From an uncultured candidate division Zixibacteria bacterium (GTDB taxonomy: Bacteria; Zixibacteria; MSB-5A5; UBA10806), in contig CAWDFP010000007.1 of assembly GCA_963801605.1 (NCBI GenBank), positions 128,001 to 192,000 on the forward strand: a DNA stretch of 64,000 nt. Direction: 5' to 3'. The notes below the pieces were generated by a model. That model made no database searches and was not told the origin of the DNA. It saw nothing but the letters and a program-made list of their open reading frames with translations. The position numbers were made by a program, and so were the translations under genes. Below are positions 42,944 to 53,511 of this stretch, in pieces (positions within the stretch are counted from its first letter, which is position 1; every line of letters starts with the position of its first letter).

Positions 42944-43390
42944 ATGAAGAAATTTATCGGAGTTATAGGCAGCTCGGAGCCATCGAAAGAAGCATATCAA
43001 TTAGCCTATAAGGTTGGGGAGTTGATCGCCGAAGCTAACGCGGTTTTGGTTTGCGGTGGAATGAAAGGCGTAACTGAAGCCGCCTGCAAAGGCGCTAAAT
43101 CAAAGGGCGGAACAACAATCGGAATTCTGCCCGGCTTGGATGCATCCGAGGCCAATTTGTGGGTCGATTACCCGATTGTAACCGGCCTGGGGCATGGCCG
43201 CAATATGCTGATTATCAATACGGCCCAGGCCCTGGTGGCGATTTCGGGCGGTCCTGGCACGCTATCGGAGATAGGTTTTGGGCTGGCATCGGGTAAGAAA
43301 GTCTATGGGCTGCAAACCTGGGATATAAAAGGAGTGGTAAGCTGCGAAACGCCTGAAATCGCGGTTTCTAACGCTTTGATAAACAAATAG
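42944..43390 (+). CDS. TIGR00725/LOG family protein
   Basis: VCGGMKGV, TIGILP, GGPGTLSEI. Confidence 0.9.
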   Translation: MKKFIGVIGSSEPSKEAYQLAYKVGELIAEANAVLVCGGMKGVTEAACKGAKSKGGTTIGILPGLDASEANLWVDYPIVTGLGHGRNMLIINTAQALVAISGGPGTLSEIGFGLASGKKVYGLQTWDIKGVVSCETPEIAVSNALINK

Positions 43391-43675
43391 ATGAGCGTAG
43401 CGCTTAAAGCAATACATGTAAACGTTTCCGGCGTTGTTCAGGGAGTCGGTTTCCGATGGTTCGTTAAGCAGGTCGCTGATCGCTGGGGCGTTAAGGGTTA
43501 TGTCAAGAACCTCTATGACGGTTCAGTCGAAGCCTACGCCGAAGGAGACGATTTCGCATTGAAGGGGTTTCTCGATGAGGTCAAACTGGGACCGCATCAT
43601 GCGCATGTATCGGGAGTGAATTTTAGTTGGATGGAATATCAAGGGAACTATAAGGAGTTCAGGATTGAATTATGA
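43391..43675 (+). CDS. acyP: Acylphosphatase
   Basis: [21 protein letters not shown]. Confidence 0.95.
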   Translation: MSVALKAIHVNVSGVVQGVGFRWFVKQVADRWGVKGYVKNLYDGSVEAYAEGDDFALKGFLDEVKLGPHHAHVSGVNFSWMEYQGNYKEFRIEL

Positions 43676-44203
43676 CTACAGATGAACTGAAAAGCAAAAT
43701 CAGAAACGTGCCGGATTTCCCAATCAAGGGAGTTATGTTTCGCGATATTACCACCCTTATCCAGGATAAGGCGACTTTCAAGTATGTTGTCGATCAGCTC
43801 TATGAGCGTTACCGCGATAAAAAGATCGATCAGATCGTAGGAATCGAATCACGAGGCTTTATTTTCGGAGGAGCGTTGGCGCACAGGCTGGGATGCGGCT
43901 TTGTGCCCGCCAGGAAGCCCGGAAAGCTGCCCAGCAAGACTATCGAGGAATCGTACGAACTCGAATACGGACGAACATCACTTACAATTACACACCGACT
44001 CAATTAAAAAGGGCGACCGAGTCGTAATTCTCGATGATCTATTGGCCACCGGCGGTACCCTGCGCGCCACCGCTAATATGATCGAGAGATTGGGCGGGAC
44101 TATCGTTGAGATTGCGGTGGTTATAGAATTATCATTTCTCAAAGGACGAGACAAGCTGACAAACTACAGCCTTTACGCGATGCTTGATTACGAATCGGAA
44201 TAG
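43672..44203 (+). CDS. apt: Adenine phosphoribosyltransferase (frameshift near 43981)
   Basis: [36 protein letters not shown]. Confidence 0.95.
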
Positions 44204-44222
44204 CTTAGAAGCATATCATCTT

Positions 44223-44257
44223 GCGGCTGGATCAATGAATTCAGCCGCTTTTATTTT
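44223..44257 (+). terminator. Intrinsic terminator after apt
   Basis: GCGGCTGGA...TTCAGCCGC-TTTTATTTT. Confidence 0.7.
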
Positions 44258-44318
44258 GGGATTAAAAATTCCGGCCTCGAAAGATGCCGGTTAATAAATG
44301 TAATTTATTTTCCCAAAT

Positions 44319-44398
<80 letters not shown>

Positions 44399-44590
44399 AG
44401 TCATTTATCAGTCAGTAGAGCTGACGTGATTTGCACCTGTTTTGGTTATCAGGCATCACCAAAATACCATTGTGACCGGAAAAGTCAATATCAATTTGGC
44501 TAATCCAAACGGCAAAAACGATATTTTCATTGTAAAATAAAACCGGGGTCCTGGCTGAACCCCGGCAAGAATTATCGCTATTTCAAAGAA

Positions 44591-45947
44591 TTAGAAATTC
44601 ATTCCTGCGGAAACGAGCAACTGGCTGTAATCGAACTTGTTTTCAATAGTCGTTTCGGTTGAACTAGTGATTACAGTATTGTATTTGCTGTTGCCAAACT
44701 GATAGGACAGATCAATCCAGGCCTTTTGGAAATGCAATCCGCTGCCAAACGAAATGATATTCGTATTAATCTGATTCCCATATTTGGTATCGCTAACCAC
44801 GCCGGAATCGCTCAGGGTGTATGATATTACTTCTTTGGCTGTAAGCGGGTTATTGCGGAAACCTACTCGCAGAGGAATACTGGCAAAACCGGCGCTCACC
44901 ATGTATTCCGCGCCAATTCTAAATTGATTAAGGTTTTCCCACTTCGGATCGATATTGAGATCCTGAATAGATAACATTTCATAATCAACCGTAATGCTGG
45001 AACTTGACATCGGCCTGGAATCAAAATCAAAAGCTACCGTAAGTTTATCTATCGGCTTGGCGGCTACCCCAAATGAAAATGAGAAGGGGATACTAATCTT
45101 TTCAGTATAACGATCAACTGTACCAATAGGAGTTGGTGGAATAGCAATCAACAAAGTTCTTTTAACGGTTTGTTTGAGGTCATACGGCGTATGAACAACC
45201 ACTCCGCCTTTAAACATGTTGAACTGGCCGGCAAGACCCAGGTCGAAATTGACTCCGGAATAATGCGAGTTAAAATTATAGTCTAAATCTACAGTGTCGG
45301 AATAAGTGTTGCCGGGAATGCGGTAATCGTAGCTTTTAGCATAGGTGCGGCTGCTTTCGCCACCGCGGATATAATCATTAGCAACCACTCCGATACTCAA
45401 GTTCTCATTGACCTTACCGCTGATACCCACGGAAACCGCGTCAATTCCTTCATTCTCTACAAAATTGTCTCCCAAATTACCCGGAACATCGAACTTAAAA
45501 GTGAGGTCTTGAACATTACGAAAACCGCCGCCGGCAGCCCATTGCCGGTCCATGAAGGTAAAAGGAACCACGACACCGCTAAATCCGAGCGATGAATGAT
45601 TGCGCTTAATTTCAACACCGCTAATTTCGACTTGGTTAGTGAGCAATGAATATCTTGAGTAGCCGGTATTAAATTTATCGGCTGCGGAATTTAGCTGTAA
45701 TCCGATCGCGGGTTTTTCGGCGTAAATCATCCCGGCCGGATTCCATGGAAAATGAATACTCTCCCTCGGATAGCCCAAGGAAAGCACCACCCATCCCAGC
45801 AGCGCGAGCTCCGCCGCCCATAGTGTTAAATGCCATATAATCCTGGAAATAATTATCGTGATTACCGGGATACTGCGCCAAAGCCAGGCCTGATAACATT
45901 ACGACAATAATCGCGGCTAACAATAAAACAAAAGAGCTTTTCATCAT
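44591..45947 (-). CDS. FadL/Toluene_X-like outer-membrane beta-barrel protein (frameshift near 45750)
   Basis: Signal peptide, GARAAGMGGAF then WNPAG motif, C-terminal Phe. Confidence 0.8.
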
Positions 45948-46320
45948 TCCTCCGAAGTTCGTTATTTGCCTAACCGCCATCGTGAAATAAATTTCACGAA
46001 TCAGATCTCTCATTTTTTTGTGCGATGGGACAATACACCCGCATCCGCCCTCACTGGTGAATACCGTGCAGACGGAATAATATTCCCCAAAAGCTCCAAG
46101 AATCTAAAATTTATAGCGTATATTTGCAAGCTAAATTTTTAAGGAAAACGGATAAAATTCGAATATTCCAAAACCGATATTGAGATTAAATGTCAATGCT
46201 AATCACTAAACCGCTCAATAGCGCTAATGAGGACAATAATGATAATATTATTATTCGGCAGATTCGCCGCTAATTGCAGGCGATTACGGGTCAGTATTTT
46301 ATTAACTGGTGATGTCTCTT

Positions 46321-46355
46321 ACTCAGCACTCAGGACTCATCACTCAGTCCTGATT
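46321..46355. repeat. Heptamer tandem repeat at the tRNA-Arg(CCT) 3' end
   Basis: ACTCAGC ACTCAGG ACTCATC ACTCAGT CCTGATT. Confidence 0.8.
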
Positions 46356-46358
46356 AAA

Positions 46359-46432
46359 TACCCCCGGCCCGATTTGAACGGGCGACCTGCGGTTTAGGAA
46401 ACCGTCGCTCTATCCACCTGAGCTACGGGGGC
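46359..46432 (-). tRNA. tRNA-Arg(CCT)
   Basis: GCCCCCG...CGGT-TTCCTAA-ACCG...GCCCG-TTCAAAT-CGGGC-CGGGGGTA. Confidence 0.93.
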
Positions 46433-46585
46433 ATTATATCGCATAATAAGATTACACTAAACGATAAGCAAACGCTTTTTATAGAAATGAAATAACGATC
46501 GATACCATTAAATCGATTTGATTATAAGATTCAAAATAGATATTTCTCGGTCTGATGATATCTTTAGTTGCGAGTAAATACCGGC

Positions 46586-47061
46586 TCAGACTTCTATGAT
46601 CTCGCCCCAGGGATCATCGTCGAGATGCAAAATGCCGTAGGTATTGACTACCCTCACGACCATCCCGCAGGCTGCCCGGATTAAAATAGAGAGTACCGTT
46701 TTCGCGAACCATATATGGTACGTGGGTATGCCCGAACAAAGCGATATCGACTTTGCCGGCAAACTCCTGCTCTGACCATCTGAAGCGTTTGCAGTTGGCC
46801 GCCCTGGCCGTGAATAAGACCGATTTTTCTTCCGTTGAGCTCTATGATTTTTTTCGATGACAGCCCGCGTCGGACATCGGGCATATCGCAGTTGCCGCGT
46901 ACGGCTTCCACGGGACACAAGGTATGAAGAAATTCCATGATCTCGAAAGAAACCATATCGCCAAGATGGAAAATGATATCCTCCCGGTCGACCCTGCGGA
47001 CGAACGTTTCCGGGAGGATATGGCTTTTAGTTAGATGAGTATCCGAAATAACCCAAATCAC
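46586..47061 (-). CDS. YfcE-family metallophosphoesterase (frameshifted)
   Basis: ISDTH, HLGD, VRGNCD, IHG motifs. Confidence 0.85.
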
Positions 47062-47086
47062 AGCTTCAGCCTGAAATAGATACCAC

Positions 47087-47182
47087 CTATCTTAATTTCT
47101 TCTTATGACGGTCTTTGCGTAGACGTTTTTTACGCTTATGCGTTTTAATTTTATGACGTTTCCTCTTTTTTCCGCTCGGCAT
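47087..47182 (-). CDS. Small basic ribosomal protein bS22 (AURKAIP1/COX24/mS38-like), 31 aa, absent from the ORF track
   Basis: Manual translation MPSGKKRKRHKIKTHKRKKRLRKDRHKKKLR. Confidence 0.9.
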   Translation of the reverse strand: MPSGKKRKRHKIKTHKRKKRLRKDRHKKKLR

Positions 47183-47190
47183 AGACTTTC

Positions 47191-47484
47191 CTAGATTCTT
47201 GTCGAAGCTGCGCTCATTACCAGATTCTTGAACTCATTCGACGGTTTAAACACTGGAATTTTCCTGTCGGGAACAGGCACAACATCACCCGTACGGGGAT
47301 TACGGGCTTTACGAGCTTTCCGGGGCTTGATCTTGAAAGTTCCGAAACCCCTGATCTCGATATTGGACCCGCTCTCCAACGCTTTTTTTACCGCATCTAG
47401 AAAGGCATCCACCGTGGCGGCGACATCGGTTCGCGTAAGGCCGGTCTTTTCCGCCACCTGCTCAACCAGATCGGCTTTTGTCAT
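47191..47484 (-). CDS. HU/IHF family DNA-binding protein
   Basis: MTKADLV, IRGFGTF, ARNPRTG, FKPS. Confidence 0.96.
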   Translation of the reverse strand: MTKADLVEQVAEKTGLTRTDVAATVDAFLDAVKKALESGSNIEIRGFGTFKIKPRKARKARNPRTGDVVPVPDRKIPVFKPSNEFKNLVMSAASTRI

Positions 47485-47507
47485 TTACCACCTCCCGTTA
47501 TTTAATG

Positions 47508-47736
47508 TTAATGATGACATCCACTGCATTGATGACTTGAACAATGACCGCATGATGATGACGAGGCGGTCGAGGATTCATGACCGGCGCGGCCGGTCGA
47601 GAATCCGAAGGTTGAAAATTTCTTTTTTATTTCAGTCGAATCGCAACCGGGACAAAAATGATTCGATTTCACTTCCCCTGATAAACAGTTCGAAATCGTG
47701 GCCGCAACTCTGGCATCTGTATTCAAAAATTGGCAT
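47508..47736 (-). CDS. FmdB-family zinc-ribbon protein (frameshift near 47655)
   Basis: MPIFEYRCQSCGHDFE...CPGCDS...CGHCSSHQCSGCHH. Confidence 0.85.
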
Positions 47737-47745
47737 CAGCAATTC

Positions 47746-48644
47746 CTAAAAATTATAGCGATACTCCAATGCCGGCCAGAGGCGGAAATTCGATTTTATC
47801 TGGTCAATCCCCAATTTACCGGTAAGATCGTCAAGAAGACTGTGACTTAATCGTCTTTCCTTAACTACGCGAGGATGATCCCCCAGACCGCTCATCTCCC
47901 CCGCCATGGCGATAGCATCATCAAGAGTGCCAATTTTATCGACTAAGCCGTTACCTTTTGCCTGGCAACCAGTAAATACGGAGCCGTCGGCCAGGCTTTT
48001 TACATTTTCCTTTTCCAGATGGCGACCCTTCGCCACCACATTCACGAATTGATTATAAGTATCATCGATAACAGATTGCAGCATACTTATATCCTCGGGA
48101 CTCGGCTGCCGCGCAAAATTGCCAACATCTTTCAATTTTCCCGATTTGATAACCTGCATTTGGATACCAACTTTATCCATAAGATTGGTAATCACAGGAT
48201 AGGAAAAGATGACGCCAATCGAACCCGTTAAGGTGCCGGGATTAGCAAAGATAGTATCGGCGGCGCAGGAAACATAATAACCCCCGGAAGCCGCGACAGA
48301 CCCCATCGATACGACGATATATTTATTCTTTTCCTTAAATTTTTGGAGCGCTCGCAAGAATCTCCTGCGAAGCTGCCACTCCCCCGCCAGGGCTATCCAC
48401 TCTCAAGACAAGTGCCTTTACGGAGTTATCATCAGAATATTTTTTAACCTGCCTGACGATATCATCCGAGGTTTCAATGACGCCCGTTAATTCGATTAAG
48501 GCTACTTTGTTTCCTAATGAGCTGAAAGCCAGATTGGAACTAGAGACTTGAAGATATAATCAGGATGATGCTTAAGCCCGCAAAAAGGATAAGCGCTCCT
48601 CCAATAATAATAAAAATGATTAGTCTGTCCCTGTTCTGCGCCAT
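47746..48644 (-). CDS. sppA: Signal peptide peptidase SppA (two apparent frameshifts)
   Basis: LRVDSPGGGV, SMGSVAASGGYY, TLTGSIGV, KSGKLKD. Confidence 0.9.
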
Positions 48645-48703
48645 AACAAGTAAAATGAATCTATTTCGAGGGTGGGATAATGTCAAATGGTTTTTGAGCT
48701 TAG

Positions 48704-50801
48704 TTACAAATAAATCTTCAACTTATCGCCGGGAGAGAGCTTGCTTCTGAGGCTGATATTGTTCCATTTGGCGAGATCGCTGATCTCAACACCGTGGGCT
48801 TTGGCTATTTTCCAAAGAGTGTCACCCCGGCGGACGGTATAAATTTTCTGATCCAACGATTTGTCGGAGTTCTGATTGCGGCTGGCATATTGAGTACCGC
48901 TTGAACTGTTCGATGGAATCTTAAGAGACATACCGACATAGAGTTTATTCGATGAAAGCTGGTTAGCCTCTTTTATAGCGTCCGCAGATATGTCGTATTT
49001 ATCTGCTATTTTTGAAAGATTGTCACCTCGTCGGACTTTATAAATCTCATAGGTAATATTGGCGGCTATCACGCTGGCATCCTGATTCCGCTCGGGAATT
49101 TTCAGCCAGCGGCCGGCATAAACGTTATTCGATGACAGATCGTTGAGACGTTTAAGATCGGAAATACTGACACCATAGGCAGTCGCGATCTCCCAGAGTG
49201 TATCCCCGTTTTTTACCATATATCGGTTGGGATTGTCTTTGATGATAGGATTTGAAACGACATTCGTTTTAGCTTTAGATGATTTTGCCGAAGCAACTGT
49301 GGTTGAAACATCGGCCGGAGCTGATTTTCCGTACTGCAATGGTATTGTCAATATCTGACCGGCATAAAGCCTTTTGCCCCTGGAAAGGTCATTGGCCTGA
49401 AGAACGGTTGATGCCGAAATCCCATATTTTCGGGCCACGGATGCCAGAGTCTCGCCCTTTTTAACTTTATGCTTGGCCCATTTGACCGCCTGTTCGGATG
49501 CGAGGTCGTTATAGGCTGAGGTAAAGGCTGCGCTGATAGCCCCTGGGAATTCTAAAAGTATAATCGCCGATATCGGGCGGAGTGATTCCTCTGAGAAGCT
49601 CAGGATTTAGCCTTTCGAGATCGGAAACAGCGATGCCGGTTTTGGTTGAGATATTATTGAATGAGAGGCATTTATTTATTTTGACCGTTTCATAATCCAG
49701 AGGTTGTTGATAATTGGGGAAGAAACCGTACTTTTGCGGCTGTTTGGCAATAATGGTAGCGGCCATAAAGAGCGGCACATAGGTTTTGGTCTGTTGAGCC
49801 AAATCGAGTTTCCAGAAATTGTTGGTATGAGATCTTTTAATCTCACGGCTGACTCGTCCGGAGCCGGCGTTATATGCGGCCAACGCCAGATTCCAATTGC
49901 CAAATAGATCGTATAAGTCTTTCAAGTGCGAGGCGGCCGCCTCGGTAGATTTTATAAAATCTCGTCTCTCGTCAAAAAACCAGTTATGATCCAGTCCATA
50001 GAGCTTTCCGGTGGATGATATAAATTGCCAGAAACCTGAGGCTTTAGCATAGGAATAAGCGGAGGCGTTAAATCCGGATTCGATCAATGGCAGATAGACG
50101 AGGTCGTGAGGCAGGCCCTTATCCTTGAATATCTTTTCCATTAACGGCAGATATACGGCCGAACGTTCCAGATAGGTTGTGAATTTATTTCTAGCAACGG
50201 TTTGAAGATAGATCAGGGAATTTTCGACCCTTTCATTCCACTCAATGGTAATATCGTATTTGGCGCTATCGGCTTTGTTAAACTCGTGAACAATCCCGGC
50301 TTCTTTGAGATTCTTAAAATTCTTCAAATCGCTGAAAAGCTCGCGGAAGGCCGTGATAGAAGCTTCCGAGGAAAGAGTCCCCGAGGAAATCAACGATAGA
50401 CGGTAATCCTCTTCTATCTCGTTAAGGAGCCTTTCCATCCGAGCAGCCTGATCGGGATTTTGATCAGGATCGAGATCAAGTTCGGAAAGAATTGCCAGTG
50501 ACTGCTCATAGGCGGCCTGTGCCGAATCGAGTTGGCTAATTTGGAAAAAATGAACACCGACAGCGTAAAAGTTTTCGGCTTTATCGAGAGCCTCATTAAT
50601 ATCCGGTCGATCCGCGATGGACTTGGACGAATCGGCTGAAGGGGCCAGGGTATCTGTTAGGGCGCCATTGTTTGTATTATTTCCAGTTAAGGCGTAGTCG
50701 CCCAGGGTTGGTATGGTCCATTGAGGGTCGGGATGGGAACATCCTATGATTAGCGCCGCAAATGCAACGATGGTAAAAATTGTTATCTTCGCGGTAGTCA
50801 T
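48704..50801 (-). CDS. mltD: MltD-like lytic transglycosylase lipoprotein with multiple LysM domains (frameshift near 49530)
   Basis: Lipobox IIGC, LPLIES, GFWQF, AAYNAG, repeated GDTLWxIA LysM motifs. Confidence 0.9.
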
Positions 50802-50829
50802 AGCCTTGCCTCTATTAATAGGTTTTAGC

Positions 50830-51792
50830 TTAGCTGTCAAGCTCTTTTGTCAGATGCCTTTCAATAATCTCTATAATATTTTCGTAAGAGCTTGCAGATT
50901 CGGGACTTATCCAGGTGACCGGAGCTTTATTCCGGAACCATGTCAACTGCCGTTTGGCATAGTTGCGGCTATGCTGCTTGACAAACGCAATAGCCTCATC
51001 TATTGAAATTTTGTTTTCAAGCGCCTTGATTATCTCGGCATAACCAACTATCCCCTTGTTTATTATCGGGTCTTTTAGGCCAATCCTTGAGAGCTCCCTA
51101 ACTTCATCAACCAAACCATCTTCAATCATTTTATCCACACGCCAATCTATCCGCCTGTAAAGCTCAGGCCGTTCATAAGATAACCCCAACCACAGGTATG
51201 AGGCCCTAAGCGCCTGATACCGTCCATACGACTGCATTTCGCTTATCGGCCTGCCGGTCGAACGGTAAACTTCGAGGGCTCGGATCAGCCTGATACTGTC
51301 GTTTGGCGAAATTCTCCCGGCCGATTGCGGATCGACGGCGGTAAGCTCCTGGTGAAGCTTCTCAGGACCGTCCTCAACAACAATTAATTCAAGTTTGGTT
51401 CTAATTGTGGAATCCCTATCAGGACCTTCAAAGAGGCCGCCGGTTAGCGCTTCAAGATACAAACCGGCTCCTCCTACAATAAAGGGTATGGCGCCATTCA
51501 TGGCTGTTTCCTTGATAAAGGTGCCAGCCATCTCAGCATATCTCTTAGCCGTAAAATCCTCGGTGACGTCAGCAATATCAATCATGTAATGGGGAATTTT
51601 GGCGCGATCCGTTTTTGATGGTTTGGCGGTACCAATATCCAGTAAGCGATAAATTTGACGGGAATCTGCGCCAACGATTCGCCCTCCAAAGCGTTCGGCC
51701 AGCCTCATGGCTAATGAGGATTTACCAGAGCCCGTCGGACCGCAGATAATCACCGCGTGAATTTTGTTATTTTCGTTTGAAGATCTTTTCAA
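50830..51792 (-). CDS. miaA: tRNA dimethylallyltransferase
   Basis: GPTGSGKS, DSRQIY..LDIGTAKP, YAKRQLTWFR. Confidence 0.97.
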   Translation of the reverse strand: MKRSSNENNKIHAVIICGPTGSGKSSLAMRLAERFGGRIVGADSRQIYRLLDIGTAKPSKTDRAKIPHYMIDIADVTEDFTAKRYAEMAGTFIKETAMNGAIPFIVGGAGLYLEALTGGLFEGPDRDSTIRTKLELIVVEDGPEKLHQELTAVDPQSAGRISPNDSIRLIRALEVYRSTGRPISEMQSYGRYQALRASYLWLGLSYERPELYRRIDWRVDKMIEDGLVDEVRELSRIGLKDPIINKGIVGYAEIIKALENKISIDEAIAFVKQHSRNYAKRQLTWFRNKAPVTWISPESASSYENIIEIIERHLTKELDS

Positions 51793-53500
51793 GATCGTCC
51801 TGATTTAAGGTTACTATAGTAGGTCGTCCATGAGGACATCTGTATGGCTCCTGGCATTTTAATAACTCCCCGTAAAGTCCTCGAAGCTGAGCCTCGGGGA
51901 GTCGATGCCCGGCTTTGACTGCAGCCTTGCAAGCTACAGCAGCAGCCAGGGCGCGTTTCATGTCCTCTCCTCCTTTTAAATTCGAGGAATAGGTTTCTAA
52001 AACCTCCTTGAGCGCATCCGCTGGGGAAACTCCAGTCATCTCTTGCGGCAGCCCTGAAATAATGACCTCCTCGGCTCCAAAAGTACGAAATTCAAAACCA
52101 GCTCTGGCTAAGAGGTCGGCGATCTCCTCCACAAGGCTTATTTCCCGCGGTGCAAGTTTCACCCTTTCTTCAAAGAGAAGCCTTTGTGACGGCGAACCCT
52201 GCCGGGAAAACCCGGCCAGTGTCTTTTCAAATAGTATACGCTCATGGGCGGTGTGTTGATCGACTATAAGTAGCTCCCCTTTACGGCGTATTAGAATATA
52301 AGTATCGAATATCTGAAAATAGGTATCTTGAAAAGTCTCATTAGCGGGATTTACTTTCGAGTAATCCTGTGATTCGATGCGAACCGGAGATGGTGATTTC
52401 ATTGCAAAACCGGTGTCGGCGAAAAGCTCCTGCCTGGCGCTATCAAAAGTTTTAAAATCCGGCGGCACATTTTGATTGGGAATCTGAGTAGTCCTAAACG
52501 CAAAATTAACCGGAAGAGCCAGAGCTTTATCGAGAGAATGTTTCAAGGTTTTGAATATGAAACCATCATCCGCAAAACGAACCTCGGTTTTTGCCGGATG
52601 AACATTGATATCGACAAATGATGGTTCAATATCCAGAAAGACGGCGGCGTAGGGATGTCGTCCGGGGGGCAGAGCATGCCCATAAGAGGCGCTAATAGCT
52701 CCGAAAAAAGCTTTCTCAAGAACGGGACGATGGTTAACAAAGAAAAATATCTCTCCCCTGTTGGCGCGGTTGGTCTCCGGCTTGGAGACAAATCCGGTAA
52801 CCTCGAGCGGCCCGACCCCGGGTTCATTAAGAGCTACAAGTTCTTTGGTTATCGCGTCGCCCCAAACAGCCTCTAAACGAGTTAAAAGGTTAATTGAGGA
52901 AGGCAGCTCATTGGTGAGTTTGCCATCGAAATAGATTTTAAATCCGATATCCGGACGAGCGATAATATATCGTCTGATAACTTCGGAGATTTTGCGACGT
53001 TCGGAGATATCCGATTTTAGAAATTTGCGGCGGGCAGGAACATTATAGAAAAGATTTTTTATAGTAATTGTACATCCTTTTTTGGGTGGGGCCGGACCAA
53101 GATAGGTCTGCTTGCCCCCTTCGAATCTGATGGATGTGCCGGTCTTTTCGCCATCATAGTGAGTTGATAGCTCCATTAGCGAAACCGAGCTTATGGATGG
53201 CAGCGCCTCTCCCCTGAACCCCATGGTGCCGGTGCGAAGAAGATCCTCCCAGCTTTTTATTTTGGATGTGGCGTGACGATAAAATGCCAATTCAACTTGT
53301 TCTTTGGGAATCCCCTCGCCATCATCAACAATAATGATCTCATCTTTACCACCGCCGGAAATAGAGATTTCTATATTTCGCGCGCCGGCATCGAGAGAGT
53401 TTTCCACCAGTTCTTTAATCACCGATGCGGGGTTTTCAATCACCTCGCCGGCTGCGATTCGATCTATCAGACCATCAGGGAGGACTTTGATGTGTTTCAT
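51767..53500 (-). CDS. mutL: DNA mismatch repair protein MutL
   Basis: IAAGEVIE, GFRGEAL, DQHTAHER, CPHGRP. Confidence 0.98.
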   Translation of the reverse strand: MKHIKVLPDGLIDRIAAGEVIENPASVIKELVENSLDAGARNIEISISGGGKDEIIIVDDGEGIPKEQVELAFYRHATSKIKSWEDLLRTGTMGFRGEALPSISSVSLMELSTHYDGEKTGTSIRFEGGKQTYLGPAPPKKGCTITIKNLFYNVPARRKFLKSDISERRKISEVIRRYIIARPDIGFKIYFDGKLTNELPSSINLLTRLEAVWGDAITKELVALNEPGVGPLEVTGFVSKPETNRANRGEIFFFVNHRPVLEKAFFGAISASYGHALPPGRHPYAAVFLDIEPSFVDINVHPAKTEVRFADDGFIFKTLKHSLDKALALPVNFAFRTTQIPNQNVPPDFKTFDSARQELFADTGFAMKSPSPVRIESQDYSKVNPANETFQDTYFQIFDTYILIRRKGELLIVDQHTAHERILFEKTLAGFSRQGSPSQRLLFEERVKLAPREISLVEEIADLLARAGFEFRTFGAEEVIISGLPQEMTGVSPADALKEVLETYSSNLKGGEDMKRALAAAVACKAAVKAGHRLPEAQLRGLYGELLKCQEPYRCPHGRPTIVTLNQDDLEKIFKRK

Positions 53501-53511
53501 CAGCTATCTCT

